DNA of 64,000 bases from Candidatus Marinacidobacterales bacterium (lineage in GTDB: Bacteria; Acidobacteriota; Vicinamibacteria; Marinacidobacterales; DATDRI01), in contig OZ244742.1 in the NCBI GenBank assembly GCA_965219415.1, positions 864,001-928,000 of the forward strand, read 5' to 3'. Below the pieces are notes generated by a model. That model saw only the letters and a program-made list of their open reading frames with translations. It ran no database searches and had not been told where the DNA came from. Positions 1-8,646 of the stretch are shown here, piece after piece. Within the stretch, counting starts at the first letter, position 1. Every line of letters begins with the position of its first letter. The translations under genes and the position numbers were made by a program.

Positions 1-443
1 TCGCACAAGCCATTTCTCTTCTGTTTCCAGGGCTCCAGGCAAAGCCACGAAACTTCGATTTGGTCTTTCGAGAGATGAAGGCGGGAGAAACCGATCGGTG
101 GGGCAACCTGGAGGTGAAGGCGTTCCCGGTGCGCCATTTCCCGCAGGGCATGGCGTTCGGCTACCGACTAAGCCTGAACGGACGCACCTTGGTCTATTCC
201 GGAGATACCGAGTGGACGGATGAGCTTGCCCATCAAACACAGGGCGCAGACCTGTTCATTTGCGAGTGCTCGTCCTATGAGGAAAAAATCGAATACCACA
301 TGTCCTATAAGGAGCTGGAAGAACACCACAGTGAGATCCGTGCAAAGCGGACACTCTTATTACATGCGGGGGACGACGTCCTCAGCCGGCGCTCCCAGCT
401 TCGCTTCGACCTAGCGGACGACGGCCAGGAGGTAAATTTATGA
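1..443 (+). CDS. MBL-fold metallo-hydrolase (RNase Z/BN-like), 5' part outside window
   Basis: C-terminal MBL motifs H...GYR, YSGDT, DLFICEC, YHMS, LLHAG. Confidence 0.8.
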   Translation, partial: AQAISLLFPGLQAKPRNFDLVFREMKAGETDRWGNLEVKAFPVRHFPQGMAFGYRLSLNGRTLVYSGDTEWTDELAHQTQGADLFICECSSYEEKIEYHMSYKELEEHHSEIRAKRTLLLHAGDDVLSRRSQLRFDLADDGQEVNL

Positions 444-961
444 CGATGTCGACGGTGCTCTTGAGCCTGCTGCTCGTGCAGTCGTCCACTGTTCCCGCGG
501 AAGGGAATTCACAGGCTGCAGAGGCTTCCGAAATTCTCATCGACCTCGACATGAAAGACGCAGACGTGTTGGACATTCTGCGGCTCATCGCCAAGTTAGG
601 CGACTTCAATTTGATCGCGGATCCGGAAGTGCGGTGTCAATTCACGCTGGCGTTGAAGGCCGTTACCTGGCGTCGAGTGATGGAACTCACGCTTCGAAAC
701 TGCCGGCTGGGCGAAGACAGGATGGGCGAGAACCTGATCCGCGTGGCAACTCTGGCGCAGTTGACCCGAGAGCGGGAGGAGCGGAGAAAGTACGAAGAGG
801 AAAAGCGTCTGTCCGGTCCGCTCCAAACCAGTTATCGTCGCCTATCTTACGCGCGGGCGCGCGACCTCGCCCCAGTCCTTCAAAAGACCCTATCTCCCCG
901 CGGGGAGGTCGCCTTCGACGAACGCACCAATACTCTGATCATTAGAGATGTTGCGCAGTAA
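440..961 (+). CDS. Secreted protein made only of secretin N-terminal (STN/N-domain, PilQ-like) modules
   Basis: Signal peptide; IDLDMKDADVLDILRLIA...NLIADPEV, LSYARA and FDERTNTLII motifs typical of PilQ N-domains; no C-terminal secretin barrel. Confidence 0.75.
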   Translation: MTMSTVLLSLLLVQSSTVPAEGNSQAAEASEILIDLDMKDADVLDILRLIAKLGDFNLIADPEVRCQFTLALKAVTWRRVMELTLRNCRLGEDRMGENLIRVATLAQLTREREERRKYEEEKRLSGPLQTSYRRLSYARARDLAPVLQKTLSPRGEVAFDERTNTLIIRDVAQ

Positions 962-1002
962 CGGAGGCGACTCGAGCGAATGGAGACTCTACGCGGGGAC
1001 GG

Positions 1003-1203
1003 TTAGTCTTCCTTTTCGTTCGAGTCCTCAGGAGGTAGCTCCTCGCTATCTCCCTTGATGGATTTCTTGAAGTTCTTAATCCCCTCCCCCAAACCAGCAC
1101 CTAGTTGGGGAAGCTTGTTCGCACCGAAGATCAGAAAGACGATGAAGAGGATGATTAGGAGCTCGGGTATGCCTAGCGGTCCAAACACCAATGGTAAGAG
1201 CAT
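1003..1203 (-). CDS. tatA: Twin-arginine translocase TatA/E subunit
   Basis: [35 protein letters not shown]; start taken at ATG 1203. Confidence 0.93.
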   Translation of the reverse strand: MLLPLVFGPLGIPELLIILFIVFLIFGANKLPQLGAGLGEGIKNFKKSIKGDSEELPPEDSNEKED

Positions 1204-1267
1204 CTTAGTCTCCGTGAAGCAGTCAGTCCTACTCGGGCGCCGATCGGGAACACCCAGGCGGATCCTA

Positions 1268-1882
1268 TCACGAGCGCCCACGCGCGTAAATCAACGGTAA
1301 GCTCAACACCGTCACCCCCATCTTGATAATGTAGTTGCCGATGACGAGAGGCAGTAACGGAAAACGACCATAGAAGGCGAGCGTGATGAAAAGTACGCTA
1401 TCCAAAAGCGTCCCTACCGCATTGCTGCCCAGAACCGGGAGCCAGCGATGACCATGGATTCTCCTTTTGAGCCATGCATAGACCTCGGTATCGACCAGCG
1501 ATGCCAGCAAGAACGCAGTGAGGCTGGCGGCCACAATGCGTGGAGTCGCCCCGAGCACTTGCCGATAGCTCTCCTGGCCTTGGTAGAAGGACGGATACGG
1601 GAGCTGTACCGTAACATGTATATACGCGGCGAGAAGCAAGTTGCCAGCAAAGGCGGCGATCACCAGCTTCTGTGCTCCCCTTTTTCCCTGCCTCTCGTGA
1701 AACAGGTCGAGCAAAGTGAAGGTGAGAGCATAGATAAGCGTGCCGCCGTCGACGGTGAGTCCCCACAAAAGGACCGGCTTGGCCTCCGACACGTTGGCCG
1801 CCAGCTCTGCCCCAATGTAGAGGCCCATAAGAACTGTGTCGCCCAGCGTAAGGGGCACCACTAGTGAATTCTTGCTCGTCAA
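1268..1882 (-). CDS. Queuosine precursor transporter (VUT/YhhQ family)
   Basis: Multi-TM protein with [13 protein letters not shown] and [16 protein letters not shown] motifs; TTG start preceded by GGAGG. Confidence 0.85.
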   Translation of the reverse strand: MTSKNSLVVPLTLGDTVLMGLYIGAELAANVSEAKPVLLWGLTVDGGTLIYALTFTLLDLFHERQGKRGAQKLVIAAFAGNLLLAAYIHVTVQLPYPSFYQGQESYRQVLGATPRIVAASLTAFLLASLVDTEVYAWLKRRIHGHRWLPVLGSNAVGTLLDSVLFITLAFYGRFPLLPLVIGNYIIKMGVTVLSLPLIYARGRS

Positions 1883-1902
1883 CGCGCCTCCCCTATATTG
1901 AC

Positions 1903-1951
1903 TCCCTCGGGGCCTCACTCTTCGCCTGGCGCGGGGCCCCACCCCCACGCC
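1903..1951 (-). repeat. GC-rich dispersed repeat copy 1 (GGTGGGGCCCCGCGCCA...GAGTGAGGCCCCGAGG)
   Basis: Matches copies at 4806, 30670 and 31098. Confidence 0.7.
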
Positions 1952-2072
1952 TCATGGGCTCAAGGCCGCGTTCGGCCCCTGGCCTGCTCGACCAGCGGCG
2001 TCTGCGGCCGGCAGACGGCTTCGCGCTGGCTCAAAGCTGCTCCGTCCATAACATATCAACTGGAGTGAAACA

Positions 2073-2471
2073 GTGTCTCTGTCGGACGAGATTCTTGCGC
2101 GCCCTGGAGCCATCGCACCGATTCGCGATCTGCTCGCCGACCTGGTGTCGCAGCTCGGTGCACGCTCGGCCTTCCTAGTAGACGAGGCGGGCACTCCCTT
2201 CGGCGCTTTCGGGAACGTTGACTTTCCGCTCCCGCATCCCCTTTCGTCTCTAACGCCGCTACTGGGGGCACTCGTTGGTGAGGGAAAAGAAGACCCCTAC
2301 CCGACCGTGTTGGTGCACCGGGTAAGCTCGCGGGCGCTGCTGACGGTCGTGCTCGCCGAAGCGCTGACTGACAAACCTCGCCAAAAGGCCATCGAGCAAG
2401 TCGAACAGGCTACGGCCCGACTCCTACCACTGTTAAGTACCTCGTTGAATTCCGACAGCCCCCAGACATAG
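2073..2471 (+). CDS. Hypothetical protein, roadblock/MglB-like N-terminus
   Basis: IRDLLADLVSQLGARSAFLVDEAG resembles the roadblock/LC7 start; co-oriented with downstream genes. Confidence 0.5.
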   Translation: MSLSDEILARPGAIAPIRDLLADLVSQLGARSAFLVDEAGTPFGAFGNVDFPLPHPLSSLTPLLGALVGEGKEDPYPTVLVHRVSSRALLTVVLAEALTDKPRQKAIEQVEQATARLLPLLSTSLNSDSPQT

Positions 2472-2483
2472 GATAGGGCACCC

Positions 2484-2963
2484 ATGGGGAATGAAAGGAG
2501 CTTCCACATCGAGCGCAGCACCAAGATCGCACGGCCAATCGGCGAGGTCTTCGCGTTCTACGACACTCCGGAAAACCTTCGGCTCATCACCTCCAGCACA
2601 TCGGGCGTCGAGCTGGAACGGCTCCCGAAAGATCTTCGACCCGGGGCAATCTTCGGATACCGTCTTCGCGGTTGGCCACTGGAGTTCCGCTGGGAAGCAC
2701 TGGTGTCGGAATACCAACCACCCGCGCGCTTCGTCAACGTTCAGCGCCGTGGTCGATTCACACAATGGAGCCATGAGCATCATTTCAAGCCGGAAGGGAC
2801 GTCGACGTGGGTCCGCGAGCTGTTGAAGTATCAGATGCCTCATGGACTTCTCAGTTCGCTCGCCCACAAACTCTATGTACGAGAGAAACTTGAAGAGCTA
2901 GTCAGCACCGGACTGGAAAACGTGAGGGTAGCACTGGAACGAGGGAAGACCGACCAGCCATGA
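2484..2963 (+). CDS. SRPBCC family protein
   Basis: VFAFYDTPENLRLIT, FVNVQRRGRFTQWSHEHHF. Confidence 0.85.
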   Translation: MGNERSFHIERSTKIARPIGEVFAFYDTPENLRLITSSTSGVELERLPKDLRPGAIFGYRLRGWPLEFRWEALVSEYQPPARFVNVQRRGRFTQWSHEHHFKPEGTSTWVRELLKYQMPHGLLSSLAHKLYVREKLEELVSTGLENVRVALERGKTDQP

Positions 2964-3424
2964 GTCGAGTCGAGCGAACTACCCTAATCGATAGCCGGAC
3001 AGAGCTGGTCTTTCAATTCCACGACGATCCACGTAACCTCCTAAAGATCCTTCCTGCTTATCTTCGAGTCGACATCGTCGAGGTGCCCAAGAGCCTGAAG
3101 CGAGGGTCCGTCTTGAAGTACGCGATGTACGTCGGTCCCTTACGGTTCGACTGGACCGGTGAGATCGTCGAGTACGCAGCCCCTTCACAGTTCGTGGACG
3201 TTCAGGCAGCCGGGCCTTTTCAGAGCTACCGCCACACTCACGTGTTCGCCCCCGAAGGGCCCGGAACGCGCATGACCGACATCATCGAGTATGAGCTCCC
3301 GCTCGGGCCGCTAGCGGAGCTGGCCAACCGCATCCACTTTCAAAGTCGTCTGGAGGAAGTGCTCGAGCATGGGCAGCAAATCACGCGCACCTTGCTGGAA
3401 GAAACTCCCAAGTCAAAAGGGTAG
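2960..3424 (+). CDS. SRPBCC family protein (tandem paralog)
   Basis: VFQFHDDPRNLLKILP, FVDVQAAGPFQSYRHTHVF; ATGA overlap with previous gene. Confidence 0.85.
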   Translation: MSRVERTTLIDSRTELVFQFHDDPRNLLKILPAYLRVDIVEVPKSLKRGSVLKYAMYVGPLRFDWTGEIVEYAAPSQFVDVQAAGPFQSYRHTHVFAPEGPGTRMTDIIEYELPLGPLAELANRIHFQSRLEEVLEHGQQITRTLLEETPKSKG

Positions 3425-4363
3425 TGCTTGGCCTAGTCCACGCTCGCGTCCTAACTCAAGAACCCAGCGCGCGACCGCGACGTCCTCGATCGCGATTCCT
3501 TGCGATTCGAAAAGCGTAATGTCTTCCTCCGTCCGGCGACCCGACGCTTTCCCACACACCAGCTGACCGAGCTCCGAGACGTCGTCCCACGCGAGCTCAC
3601 CCTCTGATATCGGAGCAATTAGATCGCCGCACTCTAGGAGTGCCTGCTCCTCGGAGTCGACGACGATGCACGACGAGCGGCGCACCACCTCGACGTCCAC
3701 TTCCCTCTTGTACGCGACGTTCGCGCCGATGGCATTGATGTGTTGCCCAGGGCGCAACCAATCCCCGTGCAAGACCGGCTCTCGCGACGTCGTTGCGACT
3801 ATGAGAATGTCGGCCCCCACAGGAACCTCCTCCGGTGCGCCCGCCGGTTGCACGTCAATGCCCAAGGACTCACTCATTTCTTCGCAAAACCGGCGCCGGC
3901 GTTCTCCGTCGCGGCCAAAGACACGGGCCCGGCTCAGCGGTCGGACTGCCGCCACCGCCTCCAGCTGCGTGCGAGCCTGCCCGCCGGTCCCGTACATGCC
4001 AACCGTCGCAGCGTCGTCTCGAGCCATGAATCGTGTCGCGACTCCGCTCGCGGCACCCGTCCGCATCTGTCCCAAGCGGTCGGCCTCTATCACCGCCTGG
4101 AGCTGCCCGCTCGTATCATATAGGTGGAATAGGAACCAGGCGCCGGTGCTCTTTGCAATGTAGGCTTTGAGCCCCAGCAAGCCCCACTCCGCGCTTCCCG
4201 CGGGCATCACGTGAAGCATCGTCCCGGGAAGACCAACCCGCGCCCGCGGACAATTGACCGCGCTTCCTTCGCCAAGCTGCCGAAACGCATCTTCAACCGC
4301 CGACACCGCGTCGGTCATGGTAAGGAGACTTTCTACATCTTCTTCGGTGAAGAACAGAGCCAT
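3413..4363 (-). CDS. Ornithine cyclodeaminase/mu-crystallin family protein
   Basis: RTGAASGVA, GTGGQA, HINAIG, FESQGIAIEDVA. Confidence 0.92.
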   Translation of the reverse strand: MALFFTEEDVESLLTMTDAVSAVEDAFRQLGEGSAVNCPRARVGLPGTMLHVMPAGSAEWGLLGLKAYIAKSTGAWFLFHLYDTSGQLQAVIEADRLGQMRTGAASGVATRFMARDDAATVGMYGTGGQARTQLEAVAAVRPLSRARVFGRDGERRRRFCEEMSESLGIDVQPAGAPEEVPVGADILIVATTSREPVLHGDWLRPGQHINAIGANVAYKREVDVEVVRRSSCIVVDSEEQALLECGDLIAPISEGELAWDDVSELGQLVCGKASGRRTEEDITLFESQGIAIEDVAVARWVLELGRERGLGQALPF

Positions 4364-4492
4364 TGGTGTTCATCCTTTCTCGACCTAAAAGAAGGCGCCG
4401 GTTCGTTGACACTGGCGGAACGGCAGTGATACATTCGCCGCTTCATCGTCGGTGAGTCAAATCGTTTCTTCCAATTTTCAAAGGGACGATCC

Positions 4493-4745
4493 TTGGCGGA
4501 CGAAGAGTACAAGTTTTGTCCTCGTTGTGGCGGGCGACTGGAATCAAGGCTCCTCAATGGTATTGGTCTTCGCGGCGGACGTCATCGGCGGCAAGCTCAT
4601 GGCAGCCGACGAATGCCTGGAAGTGCGCGGCTACGAGCCCGGGAGCATCCCTTGGGACGAGCTCGCGTTCACGAGTACAAGGGATGCCGTCCGTGATTAT
4701 ATTCGTCGTTTCATGCCCGGCGCACCGGGCATGGTTCGGCCTTGA
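4493..4745 (+). pseudogene. Zn-ribbon NUDIX hydrolase with internal deletion and frameshift
   Basis: N-terminal YKFCPRCGGRL joined near 4557, in another frame, to C-terminal ADECLEV...IPWDELAFTSTRDAVRDY; Nudix box missing. Confidence 0.7.
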
Positions 4746-4805
4746 CACTGGCGAGGCACCTGTCGGCCGCCAAAATACGTGGTTGCTTCGACCGGGGCTA
4801 GCCAA

Positions 4806-4866
4806 GCGGCGGGGTGGGGCCCCGCGCCATTGATTGAAGAGCGAGGGCCGTGAGCGAGCCGAGGAG
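4806..4866 (+). repeat. GC-rich dispersed repeat copy 2
   Basis: GGGGTGGGGCCCCGCGCCA...GAAGAGCGAGGGCCG. Confidence 0.7.
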
Positions 4867-4884
4867 GCGAGCGAGCATTAATTC

Positions 4885-5661
4885 ATGAAAAGATTCATAG
4901 GAAAAGTGGCACTCATCACTGGCGCCAGCCGCGGCATCGGTCGCGCGGTCGCCGAGGCCTTCGCCGCCGAGGGAGCCCAGGTGGCCCTGGCGGCACGGAA
5001 CGTAGAACAGATCGAAGAGTTGGCGGAGTCCCTCAATGGAGAGGAACGGCGCGCCATCGCGCTTCGTTGTGACGTTCGAGTCAAGTCAGAGGTCGAAGAG
5101 GCGGTAGCCGACATCGGCCGCACATGGGGAAAGCTTCATGTGGTCGTGAACAACGCCGGCGTGTCCGGCCGCACTCCGATCGACGATCCCACCGATGAGC
5201 GTTGGCATCAAATATTGGACACCAATCTGACCGGAGCCTATCTCATCACCAAGGCATCGCTCGAGCTTATGAGCTCGGGATGGGGCCGTATCATCAATGT
5301 CTCTTCAGTCCTGGGACGGTTTGGAGTGCCTGGTTTCGCTGCCTATTGCGCCTCCAAGCACGGCCTGCTTGGTTTTACTCGCGCCTTGGCGCTGGAGCTC
5401 GCCGCTCGGCAGATCACGGTCAACGCGATTTGTCCCGGCTGGGTCGCAACCGACATGGCGGAGCAGGGCATCCAGGAAACGGCGACTGCTCTGGGGATCT
5501 CGGCGGAGGCTTTTCGCGAGGAGGCGATCGCGGGAGTCCCTCTGAAGCGGTTCATCGAGCCGGACGAAGTGGCCAAGTTGGCGCTCTACTTAGCCTCCGA
5601 TGACGCCTCGATGATCACCGGCCAGACGTATAACCTCTGCGGCGGCCAAATTATGGACTAA
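4885..5661 (+). CDS. SDR family NAD(P)-dependent oxidoreductase
   Basis: TGASRGIG, NNAG, YCASK, NAICPG. Confidence 0.95.
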   Translation: MKRFIGKVALITGASRGIGRAVAEAFAAEGAQVALAARNVEQIEELAESLNGEERRAIALRCDVRVKSEVEEAVADIGRTWGKLHVVVNNAGVSGRTPIDDPTDERWHQILDTNLTGAYLITKASLELMSSGWGRIINVSSVLGRFGVPGFAAYCASKHGLLGFTRALALELAARQITVNAICPGWVATDMAEQGIQETATALGISAEAFREEAIAGVPLKRFIEPDEVAKLALYLASDDASMITGQTYNLCGGQIMD

Positions 5662-5670
5662 GAGCACTGG

Positions 5671-5718
5671 AAGTAATCAGTCAGCAGTGACCAATATGTA
5701 CTGATGACTGGTGACTTT
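5671..5718. repeat. Inverted heptamer-unit repeat, possible terminator hairpin
   Basis: AAGTAATCAGTCAGCAGT ... ACTGATGACTGGTGACTT, 15/18 complementary, just after the SDR stop. Confidence 0.5.
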
Positions 5719-5737
5719 TCATTGACTCTTCACTGCT

Positions 5738-5746
5738 TGATACAAT
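5738..5746 (+). promoter_or_regulatory. Extended -10 promoter (TGaTACAAT), probably giving a leaderless mRNA
   Basis: TGATACAAT ends 6 nt before ATG 5753; no SD sequence. Confidence 0.45.
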
Positions 5747-5752
5747 GAAGCC

Positions 5753-5977
5753 ATGGAAAACGGAGTTATCATCTTCGGCAAGGCCGGCTGACCCTACACC
5801 ACGGCAGCCCGTGAGGATTTCGCCAAGAAGAACACCCCAGTCGACTACGTCGACGTCAAGAGGGATCCCGAAGGAATGAAGCGCATGCTCGAGCTCTCAG
5901 ACGGGAGGCGGAGCGTTCCGGTGATCGTCGAAGACGAAAATGTAACCATCGGCTGGGGTGGAACCTGAGCCGTCTAA
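5753..5977 (+). CDS. Glutaredoxin-like (UXX-star type) selenoprotein with two Sec residues
   Basis: MENGVIIFGKAG-U-PYTTAAREDF...GRRSVPVIVEDENVTIGWGGT-U-AV*; TGA at 5789-5791 (Grx CPY position) and 5966-5968; SECIS-like hairpins follow both. Confidence 0.85.
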
Positions 5978-6106
5978 GCCCCCTCCGGTCGCAGGGTCCC
6001 TTAACCACTCTCCAGAGTTTCCTTCCCTCACAAAAACCACCTAAGCTGACTCGCAGCTGGAGCCATGGGGTGTGATAGGATAGCGCCCTTAGGAACTCAA
6101 TCGAGG

Positions 6107-7672
6107 ATGGTTACAGAGCCCGCCCAGCAAGTCGCCAAGCAATCGCCTCGGATTCGACTCCTCTCTTTCTTCAGCGATCCCTTCGACCTTTCGATAGCCG
6201 CCGCTCGTACGTGTTATATGCCGCGAGTCGTGGAGAGCTCGGAGATCACCGACCGCCAGCGGGATTCCATCAGTAGGTCCACCTATGGCGGCGGGCATCA
6301 TACCGTTTACCAGCACGCGCATTTCGTGTTCGGAATGGAGAATATCTCTCGCCAGTTCGTTTGGAGCTTCCTGCACAGCTACCCATTCTACAACTCCGAA
6401 CAGTCGAGCCAACGCTTCGTCCGGCTGGACGAAGTGCAGGCCTTCATTCCTCCCATGAATGCGGACGCCGCGGCAGTTTACGAGTCGGCCATCGTGAAAG
6501 CCTGGGAAAACTACCGACGACTCACAGAGATCCTAAAAATCGACACCTGGAAGATCATGGCCGATCTACGCAACTTCAACGAGACCGGGTCAACGAAGAA
6601 CGAAAAGCGGCGGAAGCGAATTGCGAGGGAAGCAGAAAAAAAGGCCATTGAGACGGCGCGCTACGTCATCCCGATCGCTGCTTTTACCTCCATGATTCAC
6701 ACCATCTCCGGGATCACCCTTCACCGGCTTCGACGCATGCAGCGGGCCAACGACGTTCCTTACGAAGCAGGCCTGGTGATCGACGCCATGGTCAGTGCGG
6801 TCCGGGAAATCGACCCCCTGTTCTTCGAAAAGATTGGCGAGCCCCCGCTCGGCAAGGACGAGCTTCCGGAGTTCGGTTTCCCACACCTGCAGCAGGACGC
6901 CGACTCTTTCTGCGAGGAGTTCGATCGCAAGCTCGATGGACGCACCGCGAAACTCATCGACCATTCCGATGAAGCGGAAACGGTCGTCGCCGATGCGTTG
7001 CGTGCGGTCCTGGGCCGGTCGAGTGAACAGCTCACGACCGAGGAGGCAATCGCTCGCATATTGGATCCGCATCTCAATCCTCTCCGAACCGACACGATGA
7101 ACGTCGCGGTGCACTCACCCATCATGCGCGCGCTCTACCATGCGAGCTACGCCTTCTCGAAGAAGATCAGCCATACGGCGGATTCTCAGGATCAGCGCCA
7201 CCGCATGGTCCCCGGCTCACGACCGCTTATGACCCTGACCGACACCGCACGGCCCGACTACATCGTCCCCATGTTGATCGAGGCCAACTCCGCTGCCCTA
7301 TCTCTCTATCGCGAGGCGATGGACGAGGCTTGGGGCACGAAGAATCGGCTTTTGGAACTGGGGGTCCCGCTCGAATGGGCGCTCTATGTGTTGCCCAATG
7401 CGAAGTCGGTTCGCTTCATAGAGTCCGGTTCGCTGATCTACCTCATGCATAAATGGACGATGCGGACGTGTTTCAACGCCCAGGAGGAGATCTATCGATC
7501 CTCCATGGACGAGCTCGAGCAGTTACGACAGGTGCACCCTCGCATCGCACGCTACATGGGACCGCCGTGCGTTATACGGAACGGCGTCGCCTCACCGCGA
7601 TGCACCGAAGGCGATCGGTTTTGCGGAGTACCGGTGTGGCAGAATTTCCCGGAAGTGGAACGACGAATATAG
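6107..7672 (+). CDS. thyX: FAD-dependent thymidylate synthase, tandem (double-domain) ThyX type
   Basis: GHHTVYQHA, SQRFV, ARYVIP in first half; QDQRHR, YVLPNA, RTCFNAQEEI in second half (ORF open from 6065). Confidence 0.8.
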   Translation: MVTEPAQQVAKQSPRIRLLSFFSDPFDLSIAAARTCYMPRVVESSEITDRQRDSISRSTYGGGHHTVYQHAHFVFGMENISRQFVWSFLHSYPFYNSEQSSQRFVRLDEVQAFIPPMNADAAAVYESAIVKAWENYRRLTEILKIDTWKIMADLRNFNETGSTKNEKRRKRIAREAEKKAIETARYVIPIAAFTSMIHTISGITLHRLRRMQRANDVPYEAGLVIDAMVSAVREIDPLFFEKIGEPPLGKDELPEFGFPHLQQDADSFCEEFDRKLDGRTAKLIDHSDEAETVVADALRAVLGRSSEQLTTEEAIARILDPHLNPLRTDTMNVAVHSPIMRALYHASYAFSKKISHTADSQDQRHRMVPGSRPLMTLTDTARPDYIVPMLIEANSAALSLYREAMDEAWGTKNRLLELGVPLEWALYVLPNAKSVRFIESGSLIYLMHKWTMRTCFNAQEEIYRSSMDELEQLRQVHPRIARYMGPPCVIRNGVASPRCTEGDRFCGVPVWQNFPEVERRI

Positions 7673-7679
7673 TTGCCGA

Positions 7680-8546
7680 CTAGTTGCTACTTACCTTTTC
7701 CCGATACGCCCTCAGAAGCTCCAGCGTCACCGAGCCCGGCCGTCCATCACCGATTTGCTTGTCATCGACCGCTACCACGGGCAGGATCTCCTTGGTGCTG
7801 CTGGTAAGGAAGATCTCGTCAGCCTGAAGAAGCTCGTCGGGAGATATGATGTCCTCCCTTGTCCCGATCCCCGATTCTTTGGCCAAGCTTAGAACCAACT
7901 CTCGGGTGATTCCGGCCAGGATCCCGGCACGCACCGACGGGGTGCGGGCGGTCCGTTCCCGAACGAGAAAAATGTTGGTCTGAGATCCCTCTGCGACCTC
8001 CCCGCGATAGTTCAACATGACGGCTTCCTCGGCACCTCGAGAATGTGCTTCCCGCATCGCAAACATATTGTTGAGGAGGCTCGAAGACTTGATGCGCGGG
8101 CTCACGCTCTTCGGATGGTTTCTAACCACACTCACGAGAGCTACTCGGACCCCTTCCTCGTAGAGCCGGGGCGGCACCTCGGGGAGGGGCTTTACGAGAA
8201 TCACAACCGTCGGGGGAGGCACGTCGCCTTCGCTTTGCCGATAGTCGAGCGCGCCCACGCCCGCCGACACAATGATGCGAACGTAGGATTCGGGGTTCGA
8301 CGCGGCGGCCAAAGTCTCTTCCACCCGTTCAGTGAGCTCTCCTACGTTCGCATCGAGATGAATGTGAACGCTATTCGCGGACTCTCGAAGACGCTTCAGG
8401 TGCCTCCCCAAAAGGAACGGGCGACCGTTATAGGTACGAATGGTCTCGTAGACGCTGGCCCCAAATACGAAACCCAGATCCAACGGCGACAGCATCAAAT
8501 CGGTCTCGTTACCCAACTTCCCGTTCACATTGATCCGAATGGCCAT
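7680..8546 (-). CDS. Class IV PLP aminotransferase (IlvE/D-amino-acid aminotransferase/PabC family)
   Basis: VYETIR, HLKRL, IKS, EGSQTNIF, ILAGITR. Confidence 0.92.
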   Translation of the reverse strand: MAIRINVNGKLGNETDLMLSPLDLGFVFGASVYETIRTYNGRPFLLGRHLKRLRESANSVHIHLDANVGELTERVEETLAAASNPESYVRIIVSAGVGALDYRQSEGDVPPPTVVILVKPLPEVPPRLYEEGVRVALVSVVRNHPKSVSPRIKSSSLLNNMFAMREAHSRGAEEAVMLNYRGEVAEGSQTNIFLVRERTARTPSVRAGILAGITRELVLSLAKESGIGTREDIISPDELLQADEIFLTSSTKEILPVVAVDDKQIGDGRPGSVTLELLRAYREKVSSN

Positions 8547-8646
8547 GGGACTCTCTCCGATATCTCTCAGAAGTGCTCAAGCCTAGACTGCACCGCAGGG
8601 TGCGTCAAGACGCTGTGACCACCAACTAAACGACGAGATATAATAT

